This document shows, in pieces, positions 6,082 to 15,077 of a stretch of DNA of 35,643 bases. The stretch comes from a virus. Its lineage: Duplodnaviria; Caudoviricetes. Position numbers and translations under genes: made by a program. Every line of letters begins with the position of its first letter. Position 1 is the first letter of the stretch. Below the pieces are notes generated by a model. That model saw nothing but the letters and a program-made list of their open reading frames with translations. It did no database searches and was not told the DNA's origin. Where the stretch lies: positions 1 to 35,643 of IMG/VR virus record IMGVR_UViG_3300011339_000249; one strand, given 5' to 3'.

Positions 6082-8084
6082 CTCTGATACCCACCTTCCA
6101 CCTCGACTACCATACCCTTGGCTATCATACTTTTCACTACTTCCCAAAATCTATTGTTCTTCACGCCATGCTCTTTGGCGCTCTCTCGCCACTCGTCGTA
6201 CTGCACTGGATAGTTGTTCAGGTTGTCCTGTTCGCGTTTAACTTCGATCAGCACCAAGCACTCCATGACCAGTTTTTGGTTTGGTGAGAGGTAGGTTTTC
6301 TTTTGGACTTGACTGACCAGACCGCTGATGTCTACGCTGGTGAGGAATGCGCCTTTGACTGGCAGATTGTGTTTGTCTAGAATTGGCAGATCGACCTGGG
6401 TAATTTGAAAGTTCTTAGCCGCGGGCATCTCAGCGTCTTTCATCTTTCTGGACTCAAACTGGATGGTTTTGGTGCCTGAGTCCAACGCCACCTTGTACTC
6501 TGCATCCAGTGCGCCTCTGAGAGCTGTAGACCCCCTGCTGCGCTCTTTGTCCATGGCACCTGAGTGATGGACTACTAAAACGCAACACTTCCATGGTTGG
6601 CGCAGGTAGGTGTCTAAGTGCTGGATGAAGGCATTCATGTCTTGGGTGCTGTTCTCATCCCCGCCCATGTTTCTGGCCACTGTATCGATGATGATCATGC
6701 TAGGTATACAGCCGGCATCTGCTGACAGCTGCTTAACTGACTCAGCCACAATGGCCGCCTCGGTGCTGTCGTATAGCTGTGCAGCCCTGTGGCTTTTGTA
6801 CAGTGGCGCGCCTTGCAGGCTGGTGCCGTTCCCCAGCTCCCAAGCTTTGAACCGCCTGGCCAACCCGTTATGCCCTTCGCCCGCAATATAAAACACCGCC
6901 CCCTGCTGTACCTGGTGCCCGTGCCATGGTTTGCCAGTAGCAATACAGCAGGCTATGTCGATTGACACAAAGCTCTTGCCACCGCCCGGGTCGCCAAACA
7001 CCTGCGCCAAGGAGTCGCTCTCAATGTAGTCATCCACCACCCAATGTATTTGGGTTAGCTGCAGGTTATCTGCCCTGGTGAACTCAAAGGCCAGCTTGTC
7101 TTTCACCGGCCCTGCTACGCGCTCGATCTGCTCTTTGACCGCATCCAAGCCCTGCAACACGTGCAGGTCGTTGAAGTCTGTTGGTTTGTTGGGCAAGTCA
7201 GACTCCGAGAAATTAGGGTAAACAACCTCGCCAAATACCAGCGCAGCTGCAGCCTTGCCCTTGGCCACGCCTGGGTTGCCCTCGGTGAACTGGTCATTGT
7301 CTGCGCCGATCACAATCCGGCTGCCAGGGAACATCTCTTTGGCAGCCTTAGCCACCTTGGCCAAGTTGCCACAGTCAAACGCCACCAATGTGGTGTACCC
7401 CGTCGCCTCATGGATGCTGGCGCAAGTAGCAAAGCCCTCACCGATAAAGATCACCTTCCGGTTACCACGTAGCTCATAAAAACCACCTTCAATCTTGCCA
7501 CCCTTTAAGAACCGTTTGTTACCATCAGCATCAATGGTTTGGTAGCTCAGTATCTCGCCCGCCTGGTCAATCACCGGCACCACCAACCTGCCAGCACGGT
7601 CAATCTTGATCCCATGGGGCTCAATACGTTTACGCACAAGGTAGGGATGGTCTGCGCTGGCATCTGTATAAGTCGATACCTCTTCTTCTGCCCGATCTGC
7701 CGCCTGCGCCTGGGAAGCCAACCTCTCAGCCTCTCGCTTGGCCTTAAACTCACCCACCCACTTGTCATGCTCTAGGCGCTCAGTAAACGTCATCGACCTG
7801 CCAGTGTCTGCCACCCATTTAGCCTCAAACGTAGGCTCCTTCCAGCAGCCACAGACCCCCACAGGAATCTTGCCGGTAGTGTGCAAGATGTACCAACCGT
7901 CCAATGCCCCCTTCTTGCTCGACACATGAGGCACCCTGTGAATCTCACCATCAGGTATCAGCTCCTTGATGGTCAACCCACTAGCCTCACAATGCCTGCG
8001 AAAGCTCTCAACAGGGTCTACCAGGTCAGTCGATGCTGTGGCCACGGCAAAGCCGTTAGGAAATATGCTTGATAGACTGCTCAT
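6036..8084 (-). CDS. Primase-helicase (TOPRIM domain plus RepA/AAA_25-type helicase)
   Basis: TOPRIM motifs IGEGFATC and GADND; PTDFND; Walker A GDPGGGKS; Walker B IIIDT; VVHHSG..RGSTALRG. Start reassigned to 8084 (ATGA overlap with the upstream gene). Confidence 0.9.
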   Translation of the reverse strand: MSSLSSIFPNGFAVATASTDLVDPVESFRRHCEASGLTIKELIPDGEIHRVPHVSSKKGALDGWYILHTTGKIPVGVCGCWKEPTFEAKWVADTGRSMTFTERLEHDKWVGEFKAKREAERLASQAQAADRAEEEVSTYTDASADHPYLVRKRIEPHGIKIDRAGRLVVPVIDQAGEILSYQTIDADGNKRFLKGGKIEGGFYELRGNRKVIFIGEGFATCASIHEATGYTTLVAFDCGNLAKVAKAAKEMFPGSRIVIGADNDQFTEGNPGVAKGKAAAALVFGEVVYPNFSESDLPNKPTDFNDLHVLQGLDAVKEQIERVAGPVKDKLAFEFTRADNLQLTQIHWVVDDYIESDSLAQVFGDPGGGKSFVSIDIACCIATGKPWHGHQVQQGAVFYIAGEGHNGLARRFKAWELGNGTSLQGAPLYKSHRAAQLYDSTEAAIVAESVKQLSADAGCIPSMIIIDTVARNMGGDENSTQDMNAFIQHLDTYLRQPWKCCVLVVHHSGAMDKERSRGSTALRGALDAEYKVALDSGTKTIQFESRKMKDAEMPAAKNFQITQVDLPILDKHNLPVKGAFLTSVDISGLVSQVQKKTYLSPNQKLVMECLVLIEVKREQDNLNNYPVQYDEWRESAKEHGVKNNRFWEVVKSMIAKGMVVEVEGGYQSHPDHPKSSEVIRIG

Positions 8085-8299
8085 GCCTGTGCCTCTAACA
8101 GTTCTGGCCATATGGCCTTCCAGCTGCCCTGGCACACCATCTTCCGGCTTACTCTTCCCGCAGTCTCCTGCTCTATCCGTACCGCCTCCCAAGCACTCAT
8201 TTCACGCCTGCCGGTCAAACATTGGTACAGGTACTGCTCATTCATGCCAACTTTTTCTGCCAGTTGTCGGCGCTCATCTGGTGTTATTTGTGTGTTCAT
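8081..8299 (-). CDS. Cro-like HTH transcriptional regulator
   Basis: 72 aa; RRQLAEKVGMNEQYLYQCLTGRR HTH and IEQETAGRVSR..IWPEL (YdaS/Cro-like); first gene left of the divergent promoter. Confidence 0.85.
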   Translation of the reverse strand: MNTQITPDERRQLAEKVGMNEQYLYQCLTGRREMSAWEAVRIEQETAGRVSRKMVCQGSWKAIWPELLEAQA

Positions 8300-8308
8300 A
8301 GACCGTGG

Positions 8309-8402
8309 AGTCTAGCAGATCGCTATAAATTTAAGGGCATAGGGAAAACACCTAGAAAATAATCTATCAACCCGCTAGAAATCTCTAGTTTTCCGCTAGA
8401 AT
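8309..8402. promoter_or_regulatory. Divergent promoters with three 17-bp operators (consensus TCTAGC-N5-GCTAGA)
   Basis: Operators at 8311-8327, 8363-8379 and 8384-8400; leftward -10 TAGACT (8314-8309); rightward -10 TAGAAT (8397-8402). Confidence 0.7.
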
Positions 8403-8409
8403 TCTGGTC

Positions 8410-8437
8410 ATGGGCAGGGAAATAGGTTCTTGCCCAT
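8410..8437 (+). promoter_or_regulatory. 5'-leader hairpin of the early transcript
   Basis: ATGGGCAGGGA-AATAGG-TTCTTGCCCAT, an 11-bp stem with G-U pairs starting about 8 nt after the -10 box. Confidence 0.5.
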
Positions 8438-8471
8438 CACGCCAAACGGCCAACAACACAAAGGAAACAAA

Positions 8472-8744
8472 ATGACAAACGCAACACAAACAACTGCTCA
8501 AGAAGAACGCAACATGAATATGTATGGAGTCGCTGATATTGACGCTTATGTGGAATCTGTCAAAGAATCCATCACTTACCAATTCACAGGCGGTCACATG
8601 ATAGTCGCTGGCCTGATGTCTGATGCTCAAGAATTAATTGCTGGTGGCGCACAAAACAGCAGCCGCCAAACTCTCAACATTGCTAAACACATTTTGTTTT
8701 TAATCATGGATGGCCAATTGGTTGGCACAGTCGAACGCAAGTAA
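8472..8744 (+). CDS. Hypothetical early protein (90 aa)
   Basis: AAGGA RBS before the ATG at 8472; first gene of the rightward arm; followed by hairpin GGGGC-CTCG-GCCCC. Confidence 0.75.
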   Translation: MTNATQTTAQEERNMNMYGVADIDAYVESVKESITYQFTGGHMIVAGLMSDAQELIAGGAQNSSRQTLNIAKHILFLIMDGQLVGTVERK

Positions 8745-8786
8745 ACCCAACGGGGCCTCGGCCCCCATCTTTAAGGAGACTTCACA

Positions 8787-8996
8787 ATGAAATACAAATT
8801 GAATTTTGCAAGGGACGTAGACACTGATGAGCCAGATGTTTACATTCTTAATCTGTCCAATGGATTTAAATTTGCTCATGACGCATGGGCTATTGAACAC
8901 GTTAGAGCCTACAACACCGTCCAAGAAATGAAAGATGACATCAAACATTTTGTGGTGGCCTGCAATTGCAAAGACTGCGTAGAGGTAACAACATGA
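8787..8996 (+). CDS. Hypothetical protein with C-terminal CxCxxC
   Basis: Strong RBS TAAGGAG; 69 aa. Confidence 0.75.
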   Translation: MKYKLNFARDVDTDEPDVYILNLSNGFKFAHDAWAIEHVRAYNTVQEMKDDIKHFVVACNCKDCVEVTT

Positions 8997-9133
8997 ACCA
9001 CACACAACACGCCCTAACCGCCGACAGCCACCGCAGGCTTGGCAAACGCGCCGAGGCTGCGCTGGACTATCTGCTGTGCCTTGTCATTGGCACTGGCCTT
9101 GCTGCACTTCTTGTTGCTTGGTGGTCATCATGA
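8993..9133 (+). CDS. Small single-pass membrane protein (46 aa)
   Basis: Manual translation MNHTQHALTADSHRRLGKRAEAALDYLLCLVIGTGLAALLVAWWSS; GAGG RBS; ATGA overlaps at both ends. Confidence 0.7.
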   Translation: MNHTQHALTADSHRRLGKRAEAALDYLLCLVIGTGLAALLVAWWSS

Positions 9134-9363
9134 CAAACTTGCAAGACTTCTGCCAACAGCCACGCACTATGCAAGAACTGGTCGACGCTGGCTTTGCTGC
9201 TCACACGGTCTACAACGCCGTCAAACGCAACGAACTGACTAACACTAACGCAACCGACGCTTGGGGCCGCAAACAGCGCCGCAAAGGCTTGTTTTTGTCC
9301 ACCGTAACCGCAACCCCTTACAACGCCTCCGTACTATTGGCCGCTTGGAGTACACAACCATGA
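9130..9363 (+). CDS. Hypothetical protein, possible winged HTH
   Basis: Start MTNLQDFCQQPRTMQEL at 9130 (ATGA coupling). Confidence 0.65.
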   Translation: MTNLQDFCQQPRTMQELVDAGFAAHTVYNAVKRNELTNTNATDAWGRKQRRKGLFLSTVTATPYNASVLLAAWSTQP

Positions 9364-9638
9364 ACATTGCACCCGTTTGTCCAGATGGAATGCTGGAGAT
9401 CAACATTGAATGCGAAGGCGTGGACTTAGTCTGCCACTTTGACTACACCCCTGCCGAGACAGGATCGAAAGATTCCATGGGCTTACTGTACGAGCCTGAC
9501 CAGGTTGCACAATGCACCCTCGCCCACGCTTACGTTGGTGACGTAGACATCGCCCATTTGCTTTTGCAATACCTGGTTGATGACCTTGAAGCCACCGCAC
9601 TTGAATACACCAAAGAGGAACAAAATGACAATTACTGA
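9360..9638 (+). CDS. Acidic hypothetical protein (92 aa)
   Basis: Start MNIAPVC at 9360 with GGAG RBS and ATGA coupling; strongly D/E-rich. Confidence 0.7.
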   Translation: MNIAPVCPDGMLEINIECEGVDLVCHFDYTPAETGSKDSMGLLYEPDQVAQCTLAHAYVGDVDIAHLLLQYLVDDLEATALEYTKEEQNDNY

Positions 9639-9999
9639 ACTTATTGCGGCACTCAAAGCCGCCAAAGCAGCCGAAGAAAAAGCCAAGGCCACACGCTTGG
9701 ACATTGAAACCCAAATGGTTGCTTTGTTTGCCAAGCCAGCTGCTGGCGAAGGCACCCATAACGACGAAGACTTCAGCATCACCTGGAAGCTTAACCGCAC
9801 GGTTGACACCGACAAACTGTCTGCTGCTTATGAGTCATTGCCGGTCAACGCCCAGCGAGCCTTTCGCTGGAAGGCCGAAGTCGAACTTAAGAACCTGCGA
9901 GCCTTGGCCGAGCTGGACCCTGTGTCTTACTCAGCTGTTGCCGAATTTATCACCAGCAAACCCGCCAAACCATCTATTGACCTGAAAGACAAACCATGA
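9625..9999 (+). CDS. Conserved recombination-module protein with coiled-coil N-terminus
   Basis: Start MTITELIAALK at 9625 with GAGG RBS; FRWKAEV and KPAKPSI motifs; directly upstream of the Sak4-like ATPase. Confidence 0.7.
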   Translation: MTITELIAALKAAKAAEEKAKATRLDIETQMVALFAKPAAGEGTHNDEDFSITWKLNRTVDTDKLSAAYESLPVNAQRAFRWKAEVELKNLRALAELDPVSYSAVAEFITSKPAKPSIDLKDKP

Positions 10000-10742
10000 G
10001 CTTTGACCTGAACTCTATTTTCAAAACCCGCCGTGTCCGCGCGCCCAAAATTGTGATCGTTGGCCAAGGCAAGATTGGTAAGACGACCTTTGCCGCTATG
10101 GCCCCCAACGCCATTGGCATCTTGACCGAGGACGGCGCCGACGCTGTAGACGCCAACGCATTTCCCTTGGCCAGTAGCTTGACTGAAGTTTATGCAGCCA
10201 TTGAAACATTGATCAGCAGCGAGCATGACTTTAAAACCCTGTTCATTGACTCGCTTGATTGGCTCGAGCCTATGGTGCAGGAACACGTTTGCAAGGCCAA
10301 CAGCTGGAAGAACATTGAGGCGCCAGGCTTTGGCAAAGGGTATGTGGCTGCAGCCGAGGAATGGCGCAACCTACTGTCTGGCTTGGAAGTCTTACGAGCC
10401 GCCAAGGGCATGGGCATCATCTTGATTGCTCACGACAAGATCAAACGCATTGAAGACCCGCTGACAGAGGGCTATGACTCGCATGTATTGAAGCTGCACG
10501 ACAAGGCCGCTGGACTGATCCAAGAGTGGGCTGACATTGTTGGCTATGCCGGTTACCGCATTTTCACCAGCAAGATCGATGCAGGTTTTTCTAAGAAGGA
10601 AACCAAAGCCACTACCACCGGCGAGCGTATCTTGCACGTCGAACCCCACCCGGCTCATTGCGGCGGTAACCGCTTTGGCCTCACTAATATGCCGCTTGAC
10701 TGGGCGGCATTCCAGGCTGCGCTCACCGCAGCTCAGTCCTGA
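9996..10742 (+). CDS. Sak4-like AAA_24 ATPase (single-strand annealing)
   Basis: Walker A GQGKIGKT, Walker B LFIDSLDWLE, GFGKGY, ILIAH, EWAD. Confidence 0.85.
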   Translation: MSFDLNSIFKTRRVRAPKIVIVGQGKIGKTTFAAMAPNAIGILTEDGADAVDANAFPLASSLTEVYAAIETLISSEHDFKTLFIDSLDWLEPMVQEHVCKANSWKNIEAPGFGKGYVAAAEEWRNLLSGLEVLRAAKGMGIILIAHDKIKRIEDPLTEGYDSHVLKLHDKAAGLIQEWADIVGYAGYRIFTSKIDAGFSKKETKATTTGERILHVEPHPAHCGGNRFGLTNMPLDWAAFQAALTAAQS

Positions 10743-10775
10743 TTTTCAGTCCAACCATTAACTAGGAAACACAAA

Positions 10776-11261
10776 ATGGCACACTTTTCTTTTGACGCAT
10801 CAACCGTAGCACCCCAGGCCGTGACTGGCCCAATTCCCGCAGGCACTTACCTTGCCCATTGCATTGAATCTGATGTCGCCCCGCTGAAGTCCGGCAACGG
10901 CACTGGTTTGAAAATGACCTTTGAAATTCTGGATGGCCAGTACAAAGGTCGCAGAATTTGGGAGAACCTCAACATCCAGCACACAAACGAGGATACTCAG
11001 CGCATTGCTCAGAGCCAGCTTTCAGCCCTGTGCCACGCCGTTAACGTCATCAAGTTGGAAGACACCGCAGCCCTGCACTTTAAGCCGGTCAAGGTCAAAG
11101 TAGTGGTGCGCGAGGCTCAAGGCCAATACCAGGCCAGCAACAACGTCAAAGGCTATGAGTCTGCCGGTGGTTCAACAGTTGCATTTGTACCGGCAACCGA
11201 CGCACCCGCACCGGCAGCTGTTGCACCGGTGTCCAAAGCACCCGCTTGGGCAAGGAAGTAA
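10776..11261 (+). CDS. DUF669-family single-stranded DNA-binding protein
   Basis: PIPAGTY, LKMTFEILDGQYKGRRIWENLN, Ala/Pro tail ending PAWARK; adjacent to the Sak4-like gene. Confidence 0.8.
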   Translation: MAHFSFDASTVAPQAVTGPIPAGTYLAHCIESDVAPLKSGNGTGLKMTFEILDGQYKGRRIWENLNIQHTNEDTQRIAQSQLSALCHAVNVIKLEDTAALHFKPVKVKVVVREAQGQYQASNNVKGYESAGGSTVAFVPATDAPAPAAVAPVSKAPAWARK

Positions 11262-11264
11262 ACC

Positions 11265-12350
11265 ATGGCCGCAGTTCCAACATCAGTTGTTGATCCTGTG
11301 GCCGACGCCATCTTTGCCAGTTACAAGGCAAAGTATGGTGTCGAAGTTCAACGCCCCTACCTTGGTGCCAGTTCTATCGGTAAGCCCTGCTTGCGCCAGC
11401 ACTGGTACTCGTTCAGATGGTCAAAGCAGCCTGAATTTTCTGGCCGGTTGTACCGAGTGTTTCAGTCTGGCCATTTGCAAGAACCAAGGGTTTATGCCGA
11501 TTTGCGAGCCATTGGCTGCACGGTCTATGACGTGAACCCGTCCACCGGCAAACAGTTTGGCTGGAGTGAACCAAGCACCGGCCATCACTTTCGAGGCAAC
11601 GCCGACGGCATTGTGACTGGCTTACCCCAAGCACCTAAAGCCCCGCATATATTGGAAATAAAAACAGCATCCAATAAATATTTTGGGGAAATGCAAAAGT
11701 CCGGTGTAAAGCAAGCCAAGCCCGAGCATTGGGCACAGATGCAATCATATATGCACTGGTCAATTGCTGAGTTTGGCGAAGACGGTTGCAAGCGAGCCAT
11801 CTACATTGTTGTTAATAAAGACAACGACGACATTTACACCGAACGCTTAGAGTACGACGCACAGGCAGCGCAGGCAATTGTGGACAAGGCACTGGCCATC
11901 ATTACCGCCATCGAGCCGCCGGTAGGGATCAGCACTGATCCAACCTGGTACGAGTGTAAGTTTTGCGACTTCCATAGTATTTGCCATGGCACTGATGTAC
12001 CGGCACCCACTTGCCGGTCATGCGCTCATATCACGCCCGAGCTGGAGGGTAACGGGAATTGGCTGTGTGAATTTTACGCAGGCAAAGTGTCTGACAAGGT
12101 GCAGCGCGACGGTTGTAACCATCACCGGTACATACCGATCCTGTTGGCCAAAAGCGCCAAGCCAATGGACATGGACGGTGACGCTGTGGTGTACCAGATG
12201 GCCGACGGCCAGCAATTCACTAACGGTGACCCCGAGGTAAACCCTAAGCACTTGGCTAGCGCCGAAATTCATGCAGCCAAAGACAAAGCTGTGCTGGTGC
12301 GTGAAGACGTGATAAAAATCCGCATTCAGTTTGAGGGAAGGATCGTATGA
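11265..12350 (+). CDS. Cas4-like PD-(D/E)XK exonuclease with Cys clusters
   Basis: YLGASSIGKPC, GNADG...LEIKT, QMQSYM, CKFCDFHSIC, CRSC. Confidence 0.85.
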   Translation: MAAVPTSVVDPVADAIFASYKAKYGVEVQRPYLGASSIGKPCLRQHWYSFRWSKQPEFSGRLYRVFQSGHLQEPRVYADLRAIGCTVYDVNPSTGKQFGWSEPSTGHHFRGNADGIVTGLPQAPKAPHILEIKTASNKYFGEMQKSGVKQAKPEHWAQMQSYMHWSIAEFGEDGCKRAIYIVVNKDNDDIYTERLEYDAQAAQAIVDKALAIITAIEPPVGISTDPTWYECKFCDFHSICHGTDVPAPTCRSCAHITPELEGNGNWLCEFYAGKVSDKVQRDGCNHHRYIPILLAKSAKPMDMDGDAVVYQMADGQQFTNGDPEVNPKHLASAEIHAAKDKAVLVREDVIKIRIQFEGRIV

Positions 12351-13960
12351 TCTTGCGCGACTACCAGACGCGCACGGTCACCGATTTGTTTGATTGGTGG
12401 ACAAAGCATCAGGATGCCAGCGACATTCCGTTGCTGGTGTTGCCAACCGCGGCAGGCAAGTCGGTGATTTGCGCTGAGATCGTGCGCCAAATGTGGGCAC
12501 AGTGGCCAGATTACCACCCCCGCACGGTAGTCCTGGTACCCAGCAAGGAGCTGGCCGAACAAAATGCGGCCAAGCTGCAGGCGCTGTTGCCGGACGACAT
12601 CCATGTTGGGTTTGTCAGCGCCAGCTTGGGCAAGAAGCAGCACCATGCTGACGTAATTGTGGCTACGATTGGCAGCATCCACAAGTCAGCGCATTTGCTG
12701 GGTGACATCAAAGCCGTGATCATTGACGAAGCTCACCTGGTGGACACCAAAGCCCAGGGGATGTACCGCACGTTTTTGGCCAAGCTGGGTGAGCTGTGCG
12801 ACTTTCGCACGGTTGGCATGACCGCCACCCCGTTTAGGGGTAATCAAGTCTGGTTGACCGACGGGGACGATCCACTGTTTACTGGCACGGCCAGCAAGGT
12901 CACCATGGGTGAGCTGTTGGCGCAGAAGTTTATTGCGCCACTGGTGCCGCCAACCGAGAAGATGACAACCCGCATCGATGCCAGCCAGGTCGGCATTGCC
13001 AACGGTGACTATAAAATTGGTGAGCTATCCGCGGTGGTTGCCGGTTACCTTGAGCAAGTGGCCAAGGAAGCCGTCTACATGGCCTCACAGCGCCGCAAGT
13101 GGATAGCCTTTACGCCAAGCGTGGCCAACGCTGAATGTTTGGCCGACAACCTTAACGGCCTTGGAATCACTGCAGCCGTTGTATGCGGGGAAACCCCTAA
13201 ACAAGAACGCCAAGACTTGATCCAAGACTTTCGGTCTGGCCAGATTCATTGCTTGGTCACCGTGCTGGCGCTGTCGGTTGGTTTTGACGTGCCCGACGTT
13301 GATTGCATTATTTGGTGCCGGCCCACTAAGTCGCCGGTGCTGTATGTGCAGGGCATGGGACGCGGCACCAGGATTGCACCAGGCAAAGAAAATTGTTTGG
13401 TGCTGGACTTCACCGACACCGTTGAGCGCCTGGGGCCGGTAGACATCATCAAGGGACGGGCCAAACGGGCCGGTGGCAACACCGAAGGACCGTACAGCAT
13501 CTGCCCTGAGTGTGGCGAGCGCAACGCTGCCAAAGCCCTGATTTGCACGTCCTGTGGCGCTACGATCCGCGAGGAAGAGGCCAAGCCGGTGGACGCCAAA
13601 GTATCCTTGGCCGCGCTTTTGTCGGCGCAGGCCGAGGCCGTGTTGGTTTGGCATGACGTGACCAGGGTGGCATATGCGGTTCACCGCAAAGAAGGCAAAC
13701 CTGACTCAATGAGAGTTGACTACTACAGCGGCATTCTGCGGTGCGCCAGCGAATGGGTTTGCTTTGATCACATTGGGTACGCCAGCCAAAAGGCCGTGGC
13801 CTGGTGGCTCCAACGCAGCCAATTAAGAAGTTTTCCCAATTCAGTTGTTCATGCCATTGAAGTTTTGCAGGAAGACCCAGATTATTTGCAAGCACCCAGC
13901 CGGATTGCGATACGCAAGAACGGCAAATACACCGAGGTAAAAGACTATGAATTTGATTGA
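12347..13960 (+). CDS. SF2 DEAH-box helicase (RadD/YejH-like) with zinc ribbon
   Basis: LRDYQ, PTAAGKS, IIDEAH, TATP, GFDVP, QGMGRGTR, CPEC..CTSC. Confidence 0.9.
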   Translation: MILRDYQTRTVTDLFDWWTKHQDASDIPLLVLPTAAGKSVICAEIVRQMWAQWPDYHPRTVVLVPSKELAEQNAAKLQALLPDDIHVGFVSASLGKKQHHADVIVATIGSIHKSAHLLGDIKAVIIDEAHLVDTKAQGMYRTFLAKLGELCDFRTVGMTATPFRGNQVWLTDGDDPLFTGTASKVTMGELLAQKFIAPLVPPTEKMTTRIDASQVGIANGDYKIGELSAVVAGYLEQVAKEAVYMASQRRKWIAFTPSVANAECLADNLNGLGITAAVVCGETPKQERQDLIQDFRSGQIHCLVTVLALSVGFDVPDVDCIIWCRPTKSPVLYVQGMGRGTRIAPGKENCLVLDFTDTVERLGPVDIIKGRAKRAGGNTEGPYSICPECGERNAAKALICTSCGATIREEEAKPVDAKVSLAALLSAQAEAVLVWHDVTRVAYAVHRKEGKPDSMRVDYYSGILRCASEWVCFDHIGYASQKAVAWWLQRSQLRSFPNSVVHAIEVLQEDPDYLQAPSRIAIRKNGKYTEVKDYEFD

Positions 13961-14144
13961 GTTGAACGCCATCAAGAATCATTTAGCCCAACAGCTGGCT
14001 GATCTTGATGGAATAAAAACAAATTGCACCAGCTGTAGTAAGTATGACGGTAAGTGCAAACAGTACCAAGCAGAGCCACCGCAAGAGTGGTTGCATGGAT
14101 CGGTTGAGTGTGAACATTGGAACTGGGACCAAATTCCTTTTTAA
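13947..14144 (+). CDS. Small Cys-rich protein
   Basis: 65 aa; CTSC...C...C pattern; ends DQIPF. Confidence 0.7.
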   Translation: MNLIELNAIKNHLAQQLADLDGIKTNCTSCSKYDGKCKQYQAEPPQEWLHGSVECEHWNWDQIPF

Positions 14145-14155
14145 GGAAAGCAACT

Positions 14156-14425
14156 ATGAAGTATTTTCTTTTTTTACTAATGAGCGGATGCGCGGCGGGA
14201 TCGTCTTGGCAGGCCAGCCTGGGCGAGCCTGCTGGCGGCGCGGAGCAGAAGATGGTGTTGGACAAGAACATCCAAGCCATGAGCCGCAACGAAGTCATCT
14301 TGGCCGTGCAGGAGTGCGAAAGCTCTGGCCTGCGGGCGGTCATGGTGTTTGCGAAACGCAAGATCAACAACTACACCGCTGACGTCGTGGCTGACGTAAC
14401 GTGTGCCCCTAAATACAGGTACTGA
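14156..14425 (+). CDS. Putative lipoprotein
   Basis: Start MKYFLFLLMSG-C at 14156 with TAAGGA RBS; short signal peptide and lipobox-like LMSGC. Confidence 0.65.
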   Translation: MKYFLFLLMSGCAAGSSWQASLGEPAGGAEQKMVLDKNIQAMSRNEVILAVQECESSGLRAVMVFAKRKINNYTADVVADVTCAPKYRY

Positions 14426-14427
14426 AT

Positions 14428-14574
14428 ATGATTGAAGCAATTAAAAATTTTTTTAGAAAAGACCAACAGATTGTCGAACAAGGTCTTGTCTGGCGGTGCA
14501 GTAACTGCTACCTTATTTTTCTAACCAAATCAGCCGGAGATGAGCACAAATGCCAAGACCCAAGAGTGAATTGA
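14428..14574 (+). CDS. Small zinc-finger-like protein (48 aa)
   Basis: Manual translation MIEAIKNFFRKDQQIVEQGLVWRCSNCYLIFLTKSAGDEHKCQDPRVN (CxxC...HxC). Confidence 0.6.
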   Translation: MIEAIKNFFRKDQQIVEQGLVWRCSNCYLIFLTKSAGDEHKCQDPRVN

Positions 14575-14708
14575 CTGGCGTGGCCAAGAACGTCGCTGTG
14601 CGGTTGATACCGGCGCATTATGCAGAATGGAAGCGTTTAGGTGGTGCCAAGTGGCTGCGCCAGATGCTGTCGCAAAGTATTAAGGAGAAGCGCGATGCCA
14701 GCGTTTGA
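14550..14708 (+). CDS. Small ribbon-helix-helix-like DNA-binding protein (52 aa)
   Basis: Manual translation MPRPKSELTGVAKNVAVRLIPAHYAEWKRLGGAKWLRQMLSQSIKEKRDASV. Confidence 0.65.
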   Translation: MPRPKSELTGVAKNVAVRLIPAHYAEWKRLGGAKWLRQMLSQSIKEKRDASV

Positions 14709-14844
14709 AACTTGGGAACGAGAGAACTTAATTAAGTTTGCTGCCGAAGCATACCAAAAGATGCAAGAGCAGCACGACCTGATACAACAGTTGCAGAACG
14801 ATGTGAAAGACGCCATTAAGGCATACAGGGAGTTGATCAAATGA
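14695..14844 (+). CDS. Small coiled-coil protein (49 aa)
   Basis: Start MPAFETW at 14695 with TAAGGAG RBS. Confidence 0.7.
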   Translation: MPAFETWERENLIKFAAEAYQKMQEQHDLIQQLQNDVKDAIKAYRELIK

Positions 14845-15077
14845 AACAAGAGCTTGTTGATTTGCCTTGTTGCGGGTACACGGATGCAAGTGCAGTCAAA
14901 TGGAATCCACTTAACGGCGTTGTGCAATGCCACAACTGTGGGCAGACCTACACCACACCACAGCGCACATGGGTAGGGCTGACTGATGATGATTGGAAAG
15001 AAATTGAAGATATGCCCGACACCTTTGACCAAGGGGTTGCATGGGCGCAAGCCAAACTCAAGGAGAAGAACACATGA
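14841..15077 (+). CDS. Hypothetical protein, QRTWVGL...KLKEKNT cassette 1 (zinc-ribbon N-terminus)
   Basis: ATGA coupling; PCCG..CHNCG; shares two motifs with the next gene. Confidence 0.7.
   Translation: MKQELVDLPCCGYTDASAVKWNPLNGVVQCHNCGQTYTTPQRTWVGLTDDDWKEIEDMPDTFDQGVAWAQAKLKEKNT

Noticed and set aside
5851-6147. N-terminal extension of the RusA-like ORF (211 aa) and ORF 5847-6029
   Set aside because: These are read-through of origin repeats giving repetitive SEVIR peptides; the RBS and domain start fit the ATG at 5850.
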